The notes beneath the pieces are model-generated. The model searched no databases. It had not been told where the DNA came from and saw only the letters and a list, made by a program, of their open reading frames with translations. This document shows positions 56,506 to 64,000 of a stretch of 64,000 nt of DNA, one piece after another. Position numbers and translations under genes: made by a program. Origin of the DNA: an uncultured Bacilli bacterium (lineage in GTDB: Bacteria > Bacillota_I > Bacilli_A > RFN20 > CAG-449); assembly GCA_944332225.1 (NCBI GenBank), contig CALVJO010000002.1, positions 17,013-81,012 on the forward strand, given 5' to 3'. Position 1 is the first letter of the stretch. The number at the start of each line of letters is the position of its first letter.

Positions 56506-57849
56506 ATGGCAAGAAAAAAATTATCACTTGAACAAGAGAAAGAACTAGCATTAGACAGGGAAGAAAATGAAGAAATCTTAGATTCAGAAAATGAATCTGA
56601 TTTAGAGCTTTCCGAAGACGAACTTCGCACCTTAGGCATCAATGATGATGACGATGTCGAAACTCTTGATGACATCAAAGAAAAACTATTAAAGCAAGGT
56701 CAAAAAGATGGCTACTTAAATCAAGAAGATATCTTTGATGCTGTTCAACATCTTGATTTAACTGATCAAGATTTAGATGAATTAATCAAATATTTTGATG
56801 ATAAGAAAATCAAAGTTATCTCCGAAGGTGATGAAGAAGAATCTTTAGATTCGATGGATGCTTCCGAAGAAGAATTATCGAAGATGGAAAATGAAGATGA
56901 TTTAACAGAAGTATTCGAAGAGGATAATGATGATTTACTCTCAGACGATGATGCTGTTAAAGAAACTGTTCCAGATATCGATACAGTCACCTATGAAGGA
57001 TCGGATGCTTCTAAAATTAATGATCCAGTTAAAATGTATTTAAAAGATATCGGCTGCCATAAGCTACTTTCCGCGGAGGAGGAAATTGTTTTAGCTAAGA
57101 GAATCCAAGATGGTGATCAGATGGCTAGACAAAAATTAATTAACGCGAACTTAAGATTAGTTGTTTCGATTGCTAAGCATTATGTCGGTCGCGGCATGCA
57201 ATTCTTAGATTTGATTCAAGAAGGAAATTTAGGATTAATTAAGGCGGTTGAAAAGTTTGATTACACGAAGGGATTTAAATTTTCAACCTACGCGACTTGG
57301 TGGATTAAACAGGCGATCACTCGTGCTATCGCCGATCAATCTAGAACTATTAGAATTCCAGTTCATATGGTTGAGACTATGAATAAGATCACTAAAGCTC
57401 AAAGAAAATTAGTCCAGGAAAAAGGAAGAGAGCCAACTGCTGAAGAGATTGCTAAGGAAGTTGATATTGAATCAATCACTCCAGAGAGAGTTAGAGAAAT
57501 CCAAAAACTTGCCTTAGATCCTATTTCTTTAGAAACTCCTATCGGCGAAGAAGATGATTCTCATCTTGGCGATTTTATCGAAGATAAAGAGGCGGTTTCT
57601 CCTTCTGATTTCACCACGAAATCTTTATTGAAAGATCAGCTTAGAGAAGTCATGAAAGAATTAACTGACCGTGAGGAAAGAGTTTTAAGATTACGTTATG
57701 GTCTTGATGATGATCGTCCAAGAACTCTTGAAGAAGTCGGTCGTGAATTTGGAGTTACTAGAGAAAGAATTCGTCAAATTGAAGCTAAGGCAATTAGAAA
57801 ATTAAGACACCCAACAAGATCTAAACGGTTCGGTGACTTCCGTGATTAA
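56506..57849 (+). CDS. sigA: Primary RNA polymerase sigma factor (sigma-70/SigA) with an extended acidic N-terminus
   Basis: Region 2 is [38 protein letters not shown] and [15 protein letters not shown]. Region 4 is [23 protein letters not shown]. Confidence 0.95.
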   Translation: MARKKLSLEQEKELALDREENEEILDSENESDLELSEDELRTLGINDDDDVETLDDIKEKLLKQGQKDGYLNQEDIFDAVQHLDLTDQDLDELIKYFDDKKIKVISEGDEEESLDSMDASEEELSKMENEDDLTEVFEEDNDDLLSDDDAVKETVPDIDTVTYEGSDASKINDPVKMYLKDIGCHKLLSAEEEIVLAKRIQDGDQMARQKLINANLRLVVSIAKHYVGRGMQFLDLIQEGNLGLIKAVEKFDYTKGFKFSTYATWWIKQAITRAIADQSRTIRIPVHMVETMNKITKAQRKLVQEKGREPTAEEIAKEVDIESITPERVREIQKLALDPISLETPIGEEDDSHLGDFIEDKEAVSPSDFTTKSLLKDQLREVMKELTDREERVLRLRYGLDDDRPRTLEEVGREFGVTRERIRQIEAKAIRKLRHPTRSKRFGDFRD

Positions 57850-58513
57850 TATTTCTAAAAGAATCGTCTTTTTATCGTCTTTATTTGATGAATCTGATCG
57901 GGTTGGAGATATTGGTTCGGATCATGGATACTTATTGTTCCTTCTTCATAATAAAGGCGTTAAAAGGCTGCATGGTGTAGAGAATAAAAAAGGTCCATTT
58001 GAAAACTTAAAACGTAATTTAAATCAGTTTTTATCGCCTAGTTTTACTATTTCTTTAAATGATGGAATAAATAATTTACCAAAGGATTTAAATACTTTAT
58101 GTCTTTCCGGAATGGGAGGAAATAACATTATTTCTATTTTAAAAAAAGGTGATTATTCCTTTATTTCTAAATTAGTTCTATCCCCTCATTCCCATTATTA
58201 TGAGCTTAGAGAATATCTTCAAAATCATAATTTTGAAATCGTCGATGAGCATATAATTAAAGACGATAAATACTATCTATTTTTGGTGTGTTCAAGGAGA
58301 GAAAAACCGATTAAATTGACAGATTTAGAATTAAAATATGGTCCGTGTCTATTAAAAAAACGTGATCCAATTTTTCTTTTCTACATTGAAGAAGAAATAA
58401 ATAAAAAGAAGGATATTCTTGCTAAGTTTAATTTAGATAATGAAAAAATTGATAAATTAAAGCAAGAGATTAATGAATTAAACAGAATCTTACATGTGAA
58501 TAATTCTTTATAG
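57833..58513 (+). CDS. trmK: tRNA (adenine22-N1)-methyltransferase TrmK
   Basis: [10 protein letters not shown]...[11 protein letters not shown] is the TrmK signature. Synteny matches Bacillus sigA-trmK-yqfO. The start codon is uncertain (GTG at 57833 or 57842). Confidence 0.8.
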   Translation: MTSVINISKRIVFLSSLFDESDRVGDIGSDHGYLLFLLHNKGVKRLHGVENKKGPFENLKRNLNQFLSPSFTISLNDGINNLPKDLNTLCLSGMGGNNIISILKKGDYSFISKLVLSPHSHYYELREYLQNHNFEIVDEHIIKDDKYYLFLVCSRREKPIKLTDLELKYGPCLLKKRDPIFLFYIEEEINKKKDILAKFNLDNEKIDKLKQEINELNRILHVNNSL

Positions 58514-58526
58514 AAGAGGTGAATTT

Positions 58527-59297
58527 ATGGATAAAAAGAAATTAATTAGAAAACTATATTCGTATTTTCCAAAGAAAATCGCTAAAAAATATCATGATTA
58601 TGTTGGAGAGATGGTTAAAACCGAGAAAAGTGAAATTAACTCTATTGTTTTATGTCTTGATGTTTCTTATGCAGTTATTAAATTTGCTATTGAAAACGAT
58701 ATCGATTTAATTATCTCCCATCATCCTTTTATCTATGGAACTCCTTATCAAGTGTTAAAAGATCCTTTAAAAAGAGAATATTATGATATTTTAAAAAAGC
58801 ATAATATTGGAGTTTATTCCTTTCACACAAATTTTGATGAAGGAGAAAAAGGAATGAATTTTGCTTTAGCTAAAGCCTTAAATTTACAAAATATTCAGCC
58901 TTTAAAAGAATGTCCGATGGCCCGTTATGGGACTATTGAACCATGTGAAATTCATCAATTTGCTCACTCTTGCTTAGAAAAGCTTAATATGGAATATGGT
59001 CTCCTTTTAGCCTATGGAAATCCACTTATTAAGACTGTTTGCATCCTGGGAGGAGCCGGTTCTAGAGAAGCCTTTATTGCCTATAAAGAAGGTGTAGATT
59101 TATTTATATCTGGTGACACGCCTTATCATATAAGAAAAGAAATCATTGAGAAAAAATTAAATTATCTACATATAGACCATGAAGTTGAAAAGATCTTCAT
59201 GCCTCAGATGAAACAAGTATTACTAGAAATTAATGATAATTTACTAGTTTATATCGTTGATGATGTAAAACAGGCAGAATTAATTGTGAAAGATTAA
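58527..59297 (+). CDS. Nif3-family dinuclear metal-centre protein (YqfO-like)
   Basis: LIISHHPF, YSFHTNFD and GDTPYH. 256 aa, and the synteny fits. Confidence 0.85.
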   Translation: MDKKKLIRKLYSYFPKKIAKKYHDYVGEMVKTEKSEINSIVLCLDVSYAVIKFAIENDIDLIISHHPFIYGTPYQVLKDPLKREYYDILKKHNIGVYSFHTNFDEGEKGMNFALAKALNLQNIQPLKECPMARYGTIEPCEIHQFAHSCLEKLNMEYGLLLAYGNPLIKTVCILGGAGSREAFIAYKEGVDLFISGDTPYHIRKEIIEKKLNYLHIDHEVEKIFMPQMKQVLLEINDNLLVYIVDDVKQAELIVKD

Positions 59298-60154
59298 TTA
59301 TTGAAGTTTTTTAAATAAGAGACAATTTCATCAATTTGCTCTTTAGGTGAAGAGGCTCCCGCGGTTATAAACGCATTAGAAAACTCATTTAAGTTAATAT
59401 TTTTAAAATCTTGAATATCCTCAGCTAAGATAACCATCTTAAGAGGATATTTTTGTTTAGCTAGCTCATATAGTCTTTTGGTGTTAGAAGAAAGTTTATC
59501 GCCGATCACCACGATTAAATCTTCTATAGTAACTTCATCTAGAGCGTTTTGATTTTGTTCGGTAGCAAAGCAAATATCGTTAACAAGTTTTACATGTTTA
59601 TATTTTTTCTTAAGTTCAAGATAGATATTTTCTAATGTAGAACGAATTAAGGTGGTTTGATTATGAACTGAGCAGGCATCTTTATTGACCTTAAAATCAA
59701 AACTAGGATTATGATAATCAATAAATATAATCTTTGGGTCTAATGATAAAGCTGAGACAGTCTCTGGATGATTTTTGATTCCAATATAAATCACATCTTG
59801 TCCTTCTTTAATATCTTTTTTTAAAGAATTTTCATTAGCTTTTACTCTAGGGCAGGTGGTATCAATGATTTCTAAATCATTTTTTTGACAGATTAATTCT
59901 AATTTTTTATCGTGTCCATGCGCGGAGAAAACTACTTTACAAGAATGTAAAGAAGATAATTTTTCTTCGATAGTTAAGGAATCATCCAAGGTTAAGAATC
60001 CTTGATTTTTCAAATGATCCATAACTTTAGAATTATGAACAATCGGGGATAGTAAGTAAATTTTTTCTTTTTTTGGATCAAGATTCATCACTAAAGTGAG
60101 AGCCCTCTTGACTCCAAGACAAAATCCATATGAAGAAGCAAAAGTTATTTTCAT
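59294..60154 (-). CDS. ispH: 4-hydroxy-3-methylbut-2-enyl diphosphate reductase
   Basis: GFCLGVKRA, SAHGH, DTTCPRV, HNQTT and SSNTKRL. The three Cys ligand contexts are present. Confidence 0.9.
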   Translation of the reverse strand: MKITFASSYGFCLGVKRALTLVMNLDPKKEKIYLLSPIVHNSKVMDHLKNQGFLTLDDSLTIEEKLSSLHSCKVVFSAHGHDKKLELICQKNDLEIIDTTCPRVKANENSLKKDIKEGQDVIYIGIKNHPETVSALSLDPKIIFIDYHNPSFDFKVNKDACSVHNQTTLIRSTLENIYLELKKKYKHVKLVNDICFATEQNQNALDEVTIEDLIVVIGDKLSSNTKRLYELAKQKYPLKMVILAEDIQDFKNINLNEFSNAFITAGASSPKEQIDEIVSYLKNFNN

Positions 60155-60219
60155 ATTCTAATAGTAGCAAAAAGGTTAAAATTATGAGACATTTTTTTAT
60201 TTCAATAGCAAAAAAGCGA

Positions 60220-60240
60220 AATTGATATATAATATCAATT
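60220..60240. promoter_or_regulatory. Perfect 9-3-9 inverted repeat spanning a TATAAT box upstream of apt-relA
   Basis: AATTGATAT ata ATATCAATT, with TATAAT at 60228-60233, about 25 nt before the apt ATG at 60259. Confidence 0.45.
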
Positions 60241-60258
60241 GTTCTCATGGAGGTTTGT

Positions 60259-60792
60259 ATGGATTTAAATAAGTATATCGCGGTAATTGATAATTATCCT
60301 AAAAAAGGAATTTCATTTAAGGATATTACTCCGTTAATTCATAATCCTGAAGCTTTTTCTTACGCGGTTAAAGAGCTATCAGAATTCGTAAAGCAACAAA
60401 AGGCTAATGTGGTTGTTGGACCTGAAGCTAGGGGATTTATAATCGGGGCTCCAGTTGCCTATGATGCTAAGGTTAGTTTCGTTCCAGTTCGTAAGGAAGG
60501 TAAGCTTCCTCGTAAAGTTGTTAAGCAAACATATCAATTAGAATATGGAACCGACACCATAACAATGCATGAAGATGCGATTAAAAAAGGTGATAGAGTG
60601 GTTATAATCGATGATTTAATAGCTTTAGGAGGAACGATCAACGCGACGGCTGAATTAGTGAAACAATTAGGTGGCGAGGTCGTTGGAGTCTGTTCTTTAA
60701 TCACCTTAACTGGATTACCTGGAATCACTGAATTACCAAAGAAATATCCGTTTAAAACCTTATTAACCTTATCTGATCAAGTGGAGGAGTAA
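60259..60792 (+). CDS. apt: Adenine phosphoribosyltransferase
   Basis: Start at the ATG at 60259, behind GGAGG. FKDITPL, GPEARGFI and the VVIIDDLIALGGT PRPP motif are present. Confidence 0.92.
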   Translation: MDLNKYIAVIDNYPKKGISFKDITPLIHNPEAFSYAVKELSEFVKQQKANVVVGPEARGFIIGAPVAYDAKVSFVPVRKEGKLPRKVVKQTYQLEYGTDTITMHEDAIKKGDRVVIIDDLIALGGTINATAELVKQLGGEVVGVCSLITLTGLPGITELPKKYPFKTLLTLSDQVEE

Positions 60793-62990
60793 TGGAGCAA
60801 AAATTCTTTTATCCTAAGCATACATATGAGGATTTAAAAGAAAAGTTTGAAAATTATATTCACAATCCTGAAGATATTAAAAATATCGATAAAGCCTATG
60901 AGTTTGCAAAAGTAAAGCATGAAGGGCAATTTAGAAAATCAGGAGAGCCATATATCATCCATCTTATCGAAGTAGCCTACATTCTAGCTGAACTTAATGC
61001 TGGTCCAGCAACTTTAATCGCCGGATTATTGCACGACACAGTTGAAGATTGTAATGTCTCTTTAGACGAGATCGAACAAAACTTTTCTTTGGAAATTCGT
61101 AATATGGTTGATGCCTTAACCAAGATTCAAGCTTTGTCTAGACGAAAGGACAAAGAGTTTTTGGCTGAGTCGCATCGTAAAATCTTCATCGCGATGTCGA
61201 GGGATATTAGAGTTATCATCATCAAATTATCTGATCGGCTTCATAACATGCGAACCCTCTTTTATATGCCTGAAGAAAAAAGAAAGAGAATCGCAAATGA
61301 GACTTTAGAAGTATACGCGCCGATTGCTCATCGTCTTGGTATCAATGTCATCAAATCTGAATTAGAAGATCTATCTTTATACTATCTTCACCCTGATATT
61401 TATGAAGAGATTGAATCGTTATTAAATAATTCAACTTTTAATCGTCAAAAAAATATCAAGAACATGGAAAAGAAGATAGCTAATATGCTGATTGATAAGA
61501 ATATTAAATTTGATATATCAGCTAGAATAAAATCTATTTATTCCATATACAAAAAGATGTTCGTTAAGAACAAAAAATTTGAAGAGATTTATGATATTAT
61601 GGCGATTAGAATCATCACTGAAACTGAGGTTAATTGCTATGAAATCTTAGGTTATATTCATAGTATCTATAAACCGATTCCTGGTCGATTTAAAGATTAT
61701 ATCGCCATGCCTAAACCTAACTTATATCAATCGTTGCATACCACGATTGTTGCTAATGATGGTAACATCTATGAAATTCAAATAAGAACTAAAGAGATGA
61801 ATGCGATTGCTGAAAGCGGAGTCGCCGCGCATTGGAGATATAAAGAAGGGGAAAAATACGACCCGAAGAAAGAACAAAAGGAAATCGAAGAGAAATTACA
61901 TTGGCTAAGTGATTTTAAAACTTACGAGCAATCTTCTAGCGACGCGCAGTCATACATGAATGCTCTTCAACGCGATATTTTTGATGCAAATGTCTATGTT
62001 TTTACTCCTTTAGGAAAAGTTATAGATTTACCAGCTGGATCAACGCCTCTAGATTTCGCTTATAAAATTCATACTAAAGTTGGAGATTCGACTATTGGGG
62101 CCTTAGTTAATGGAGTCATGGTTCCTTTAACTTATCAGCTACAAACTGGAGATGTCTGCGAGATTAAGACTTCAAAGAATTCTCAAGGTCCTAATGAAGG
62201 ATGGTTAAATATTGTTAAGACTTCGTTAGCTAGAAATCATATTAGAAAGTATTTAACCAAGAAGAATGCTTTATTATCTAAAGAAGAAAATATTCATAAA
62301 GGAAAGCAGCTTCTTTTTGATGAGATGAAGGAATTTGGCTATTCTGAAAAGCAGATAATAAAGTTATTACAAGATTCTAAGGCATTAGAAAAATATCCTT
62401 ACGATAATTTAGATGATCTTTTTGTTGGAATTTCTCAAAAGAATCCAATGGCTTCCCAGCTAGTTGATTTTTTAGGCCTTCGTCAGCTGACGGATGCTCA
62501 ACTGTTAGAGAAATTTAATGAGAAGAATTCTAAAAGAAAGATTAATAATTCTCAAACTATCTTAGTTTCTGGAGCTGATCAATTAAAAGTCTCAGTCGCT
62601 CCTTGCTGCTCGCCTTTACCTGGTGATAAAATCATCGGTTTTGTTTCTAAGGGAAAAGGAATTAAGGTTCACCGGGTGGAATGCCCAAATATTAAAGATG
62701 AGGTTAGATTAATTCCAGTTATGTGGAATCCAAATCTAAAAGACCAATTATTCCCGGTTAATATAGAAGTTGATTCTAATGATCGAAATAATTTATTAGT
62801 TGATGTCATGTCATTGCTTTCTCAAATGAAAGTACCTTGTCAAAAAATTTCTGCGAAGATGCATAAAGATACGGTTACTGTTCAAATCTCAATAACTGTC
62901 ATGCTGGCATCTCTTGCTAAGATGCAGGATTTATTTAACGCTTTAATAAATGTTGAAGGCGTATATGATGTAAAAAGAATAATGAAATAA
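60792..62990 (+). CDS. relA: Bifunctional (p)ppGpp synthetase/hydrolase (long RSH)
   Basis: The HD domain has HLIEVA and LLHDTVEDC. The synthetase region has YKPIPGRFKDYIAMPKPNLYQSLHTT and EIQIRT. TGS and ACT-like C-terminal domains follow. Confidence 0.93.
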   Translation: MEQKFFYPKHTYEDLKEKFENYIHNPEDIKNIDKAYEFAKVKHEGQFRKSGEPYIIHLIEVAYILAELNAGPATLIAGLLHDTVEDCNVSLDEIEQNFSLEIRNMVDALTKIQALSRRKDKEFLAESHRKIFIAMSRDIRVIIIKLSDRLHNMRTLFYMPEEKRKRIANETLEVYAPIAHRLGINVIKSELEDLSLYYLHPDIYEEIESLLNNSTFNRQKNIKNMEKKIANMLIDKNIKFDISARIKSIYSIYKKMFVKNKKFEEIYDIMAIRIITETEVNCYEILGYIHSIYKPIPGRFKDYIAMPKPNLYQSLHTTIVANDGNIYEIQIRTKEMNAIAESGVAAHWRYKEGEKYDPKKEQKEIEEKLHWLSDFKTYEQSSSDAQSYMNALQRDIFDANVYVFTPLGKVIDLPAGSTPLDFAYKIHTKVGDSTIGALVNGVMVPLTYQLQTGDVCEIKTSKNSQGPNEGWLNIVKTSLARNHIRKYLTKKNALLSKEENIHKGKQLLFDEMKEFGYSEKQIIKLLQDSKALEKYPYDNLDDLFVGISQKNPMASQLVDFLGLRQLTDAQLLEKFNEKNSKRKINNSQTILVSGADQLKVSVAPCCSPLPGDKIIGFVSKGKGIKVHRVECPNIKDEVRLIPVMWNPNLKDQLFPVNIEVDSNDRNNLLVDVMSLLSQMKVPCQKISAKMHKDTVTVQISITVMLASLAKMQDLFNALINVEGVYDVKRIMK

Positions 62991-62991
62991 T

Positions 62992-63969
62992 ATGAGAAAT
63001 AAAGTAGATAAAGTTGTGTTAAAAGAATATAAGATAACCAAAAATATTAGATTGATGGAATATCTTCTTTTAACTTTTAAAAATAAATCGCGTAACAATA
63101 TAAAATCGCTTTTAAAAAATCGTTTAGTTTTAGTTAATGGCGCGCCGGTGAGTCAGTTTGATTTTGAGCTAATTGAAGGTGATATAATTCAAATCGCTCC
63201 ATCTAGAGTAAAAGAGACTAAGCAGAAGGCTTCTAAATTAGATATTATCTATGAAGACGATGAATTTATTGTGATAAATAAGCCATCTGGATTACTTTCA
63301 ATAGCCTCTGACAAAGAAAAAACGATAACGGCTTATCGCTTGATTCAAGATTATGTTTCTCAAAATGATAAGCATAAGAGAATCTATATCGTTCATCGTA
63401 TCGATAAAGAGACATCAGGCGTTTTAATGTTTGTTAAAAATGAAAAATTAAAACATTTATTTCAAGATGGTGATAACTGGAATAGTTTAATTAAAAAGAG
63501 AGAATATTACGCTGTTGTTGAAGGAAAGATGGAGAAAAAGGATTCAAGAATAGTTTCTTATCTTTTAGAATCATCATCTAATATGGTTTATGTAGCTTCA
63601 TCAAAAGAAGGTAAAAAAGCTATAACAAATTATCATGTTGAAAAGGAAAACGATAAATATTCTTTGTTAAATATTGATATTGAAACCGGAAGAAAGAATC
63701 AAATTAGAGTTCAGTTTGCTTCTATCCATCACCCTGTGGTGGGCGATGATAAATATCTAGCATATCAAGATCCATTTGCCAGGTTAGGACTTCATGCTTA
63801 TAAGCTTGAATTTATTCATCCAATCAATCATAAGACATATACTTTTGTGGCTAAGATACCTAAGGAATTTTTAGATATCTTTAAAGATAATTATCAAGAA
63901 AAGAAAAAGCGTGCAATCTTTTTGAAAAGAGAGCGCAGAATTAATAGTATAGATAGAAAAGGGAGGTAA
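62992..63969 (+). CDS. RluA/RluD-family pseudouridine synthase with S4 domain and basic C-terminal tail
   Basis: S4-like N-terminus, catalytic HRIDKETSGVLMF, RKNQIRVQ and GDDKY. Confidence 0.85.
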   Translation: MRNKVDKVVLKEYKITKNIRLMEYLLLTFKNKSRNNIKSLLKNRLVLVNGAPVSQFDFELIEGDIIQIAPSRVKETKQKASKLDIIYEDDEFIVINKPSGLLSIASDKEKTITAYRLIQDYVSQNDKHKRIYIVHRIDKETSGVLMFVKNEKLKHLFQDGDNWNSLIKKREYYAVVEGKMEKKDSRIVSYLLESSSNMVYVASSKEGKKAITNYHVEKENDKYSLLNIDIETGRKNQIRVQFASIHHPVVGDDKYLAYQDPFARLGLHAYKLEFIHPINHKTYTFVAKIPKEFLDIFKDNYQEKKKRAIFLKRERRINSIDRKGR

Positions 63970-63971
63970 CT

Positions 63972-64000
63972 ATGGGAAAATATCAACCGCAGCGAGGAAC
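63972..64000 (+). CDS. 5' end of a CDS, possibly histidine--tRNA ligase (only 9 codons visible)
   Basis: GGGAGG then the ATG. MGKYQPQRGT resembles HisS N-termini (..PRGT.D), and hisS lies downstream of relA in Bacillus. There is far too little sequence to be sure. Confidence 0.3.

Noticed and set aside
56478-56990. Two Ser-rich minus-strand ORFs (66 aa and 74 aa) opposite the 5' part of sigA
   Set aside because: They are the mirror image of the GAA/GAT-rich acidic region of SigA (TTC/ATC/TCA codons). This is an artefact of low-complexity coding sequence.
56506-57000. Long acidic N-terminal extension of SigA, considered as a novel domain
   Set aside because: Region 1.1 and the non-conserved region of primary sigma factors vary greatly in length and are typically acidic. 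Nothing beyond low-complexity Asp/Glu runs is visible.

Overview
This is a low-G+C (about 30% by eye) bacterial chromosome segment. It uses the standard genetic code: TGA acts as a stop, for example in era and the ltaS-like gene. Shine-Dalgarno (SD) sites are strong and AGGAGG-like. Synteny is Firmicutes-style: ybeY-cdd-era-recO-glyQS-dnaG-sigA-trmK-nif3, apt-relA, dnaB-dnaI, and thrS behind a T-box. That fits an Erysipelotrichia- or Acholeplasma-like lineage, and I cannot place it more precisely.

I support about 60 protein genes, including one 57-aa ORF missing from the supplied track. There are also three solitary tRNA genes (Gln-CUG, His-GUG, Arg-UCG), one Thr T-box leader, one decayed SIR2-family gene remnant, and several promoters, operators and terminators. 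I found no CRISPR array, rRNA, transposase, integrase or IS element.

The 24-64 kb stretch is mostly core housekeeping. The 0-24 kb and 28-37 kb stretches carry accessory transport, envelope and glycosylation genes.

I do not see a self-contained multi-gene system with clear hallmarks of a new defence or mobile system. The loci most worth a second look are:
- an operon of a cytoplasmic Gre/Rnk-like protein, a barnase-type RNase lipoprotein and a 5'-nucleotidase lipoprotein, with no recognisable barstar;
- a C39-peptidase membrane protein lacking an ATPase domain, inserted between dnaI and ybeY;
- a translationally coupled ltaS-like/DUF1963/topB string followed by a triad of tail-anchored J-protein, Zn-ribbon membrane protein and DUF4250;
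- an RNase J with two metal-ligand substitutions;
- two paralogous membrane GT2 synthases, one with a degenerate QxxRW motif;
- window-wide enrichment of CGCG, including three GGCGCGCC octamers.

All functional calls come from motif recognition by eye. No database search was run.
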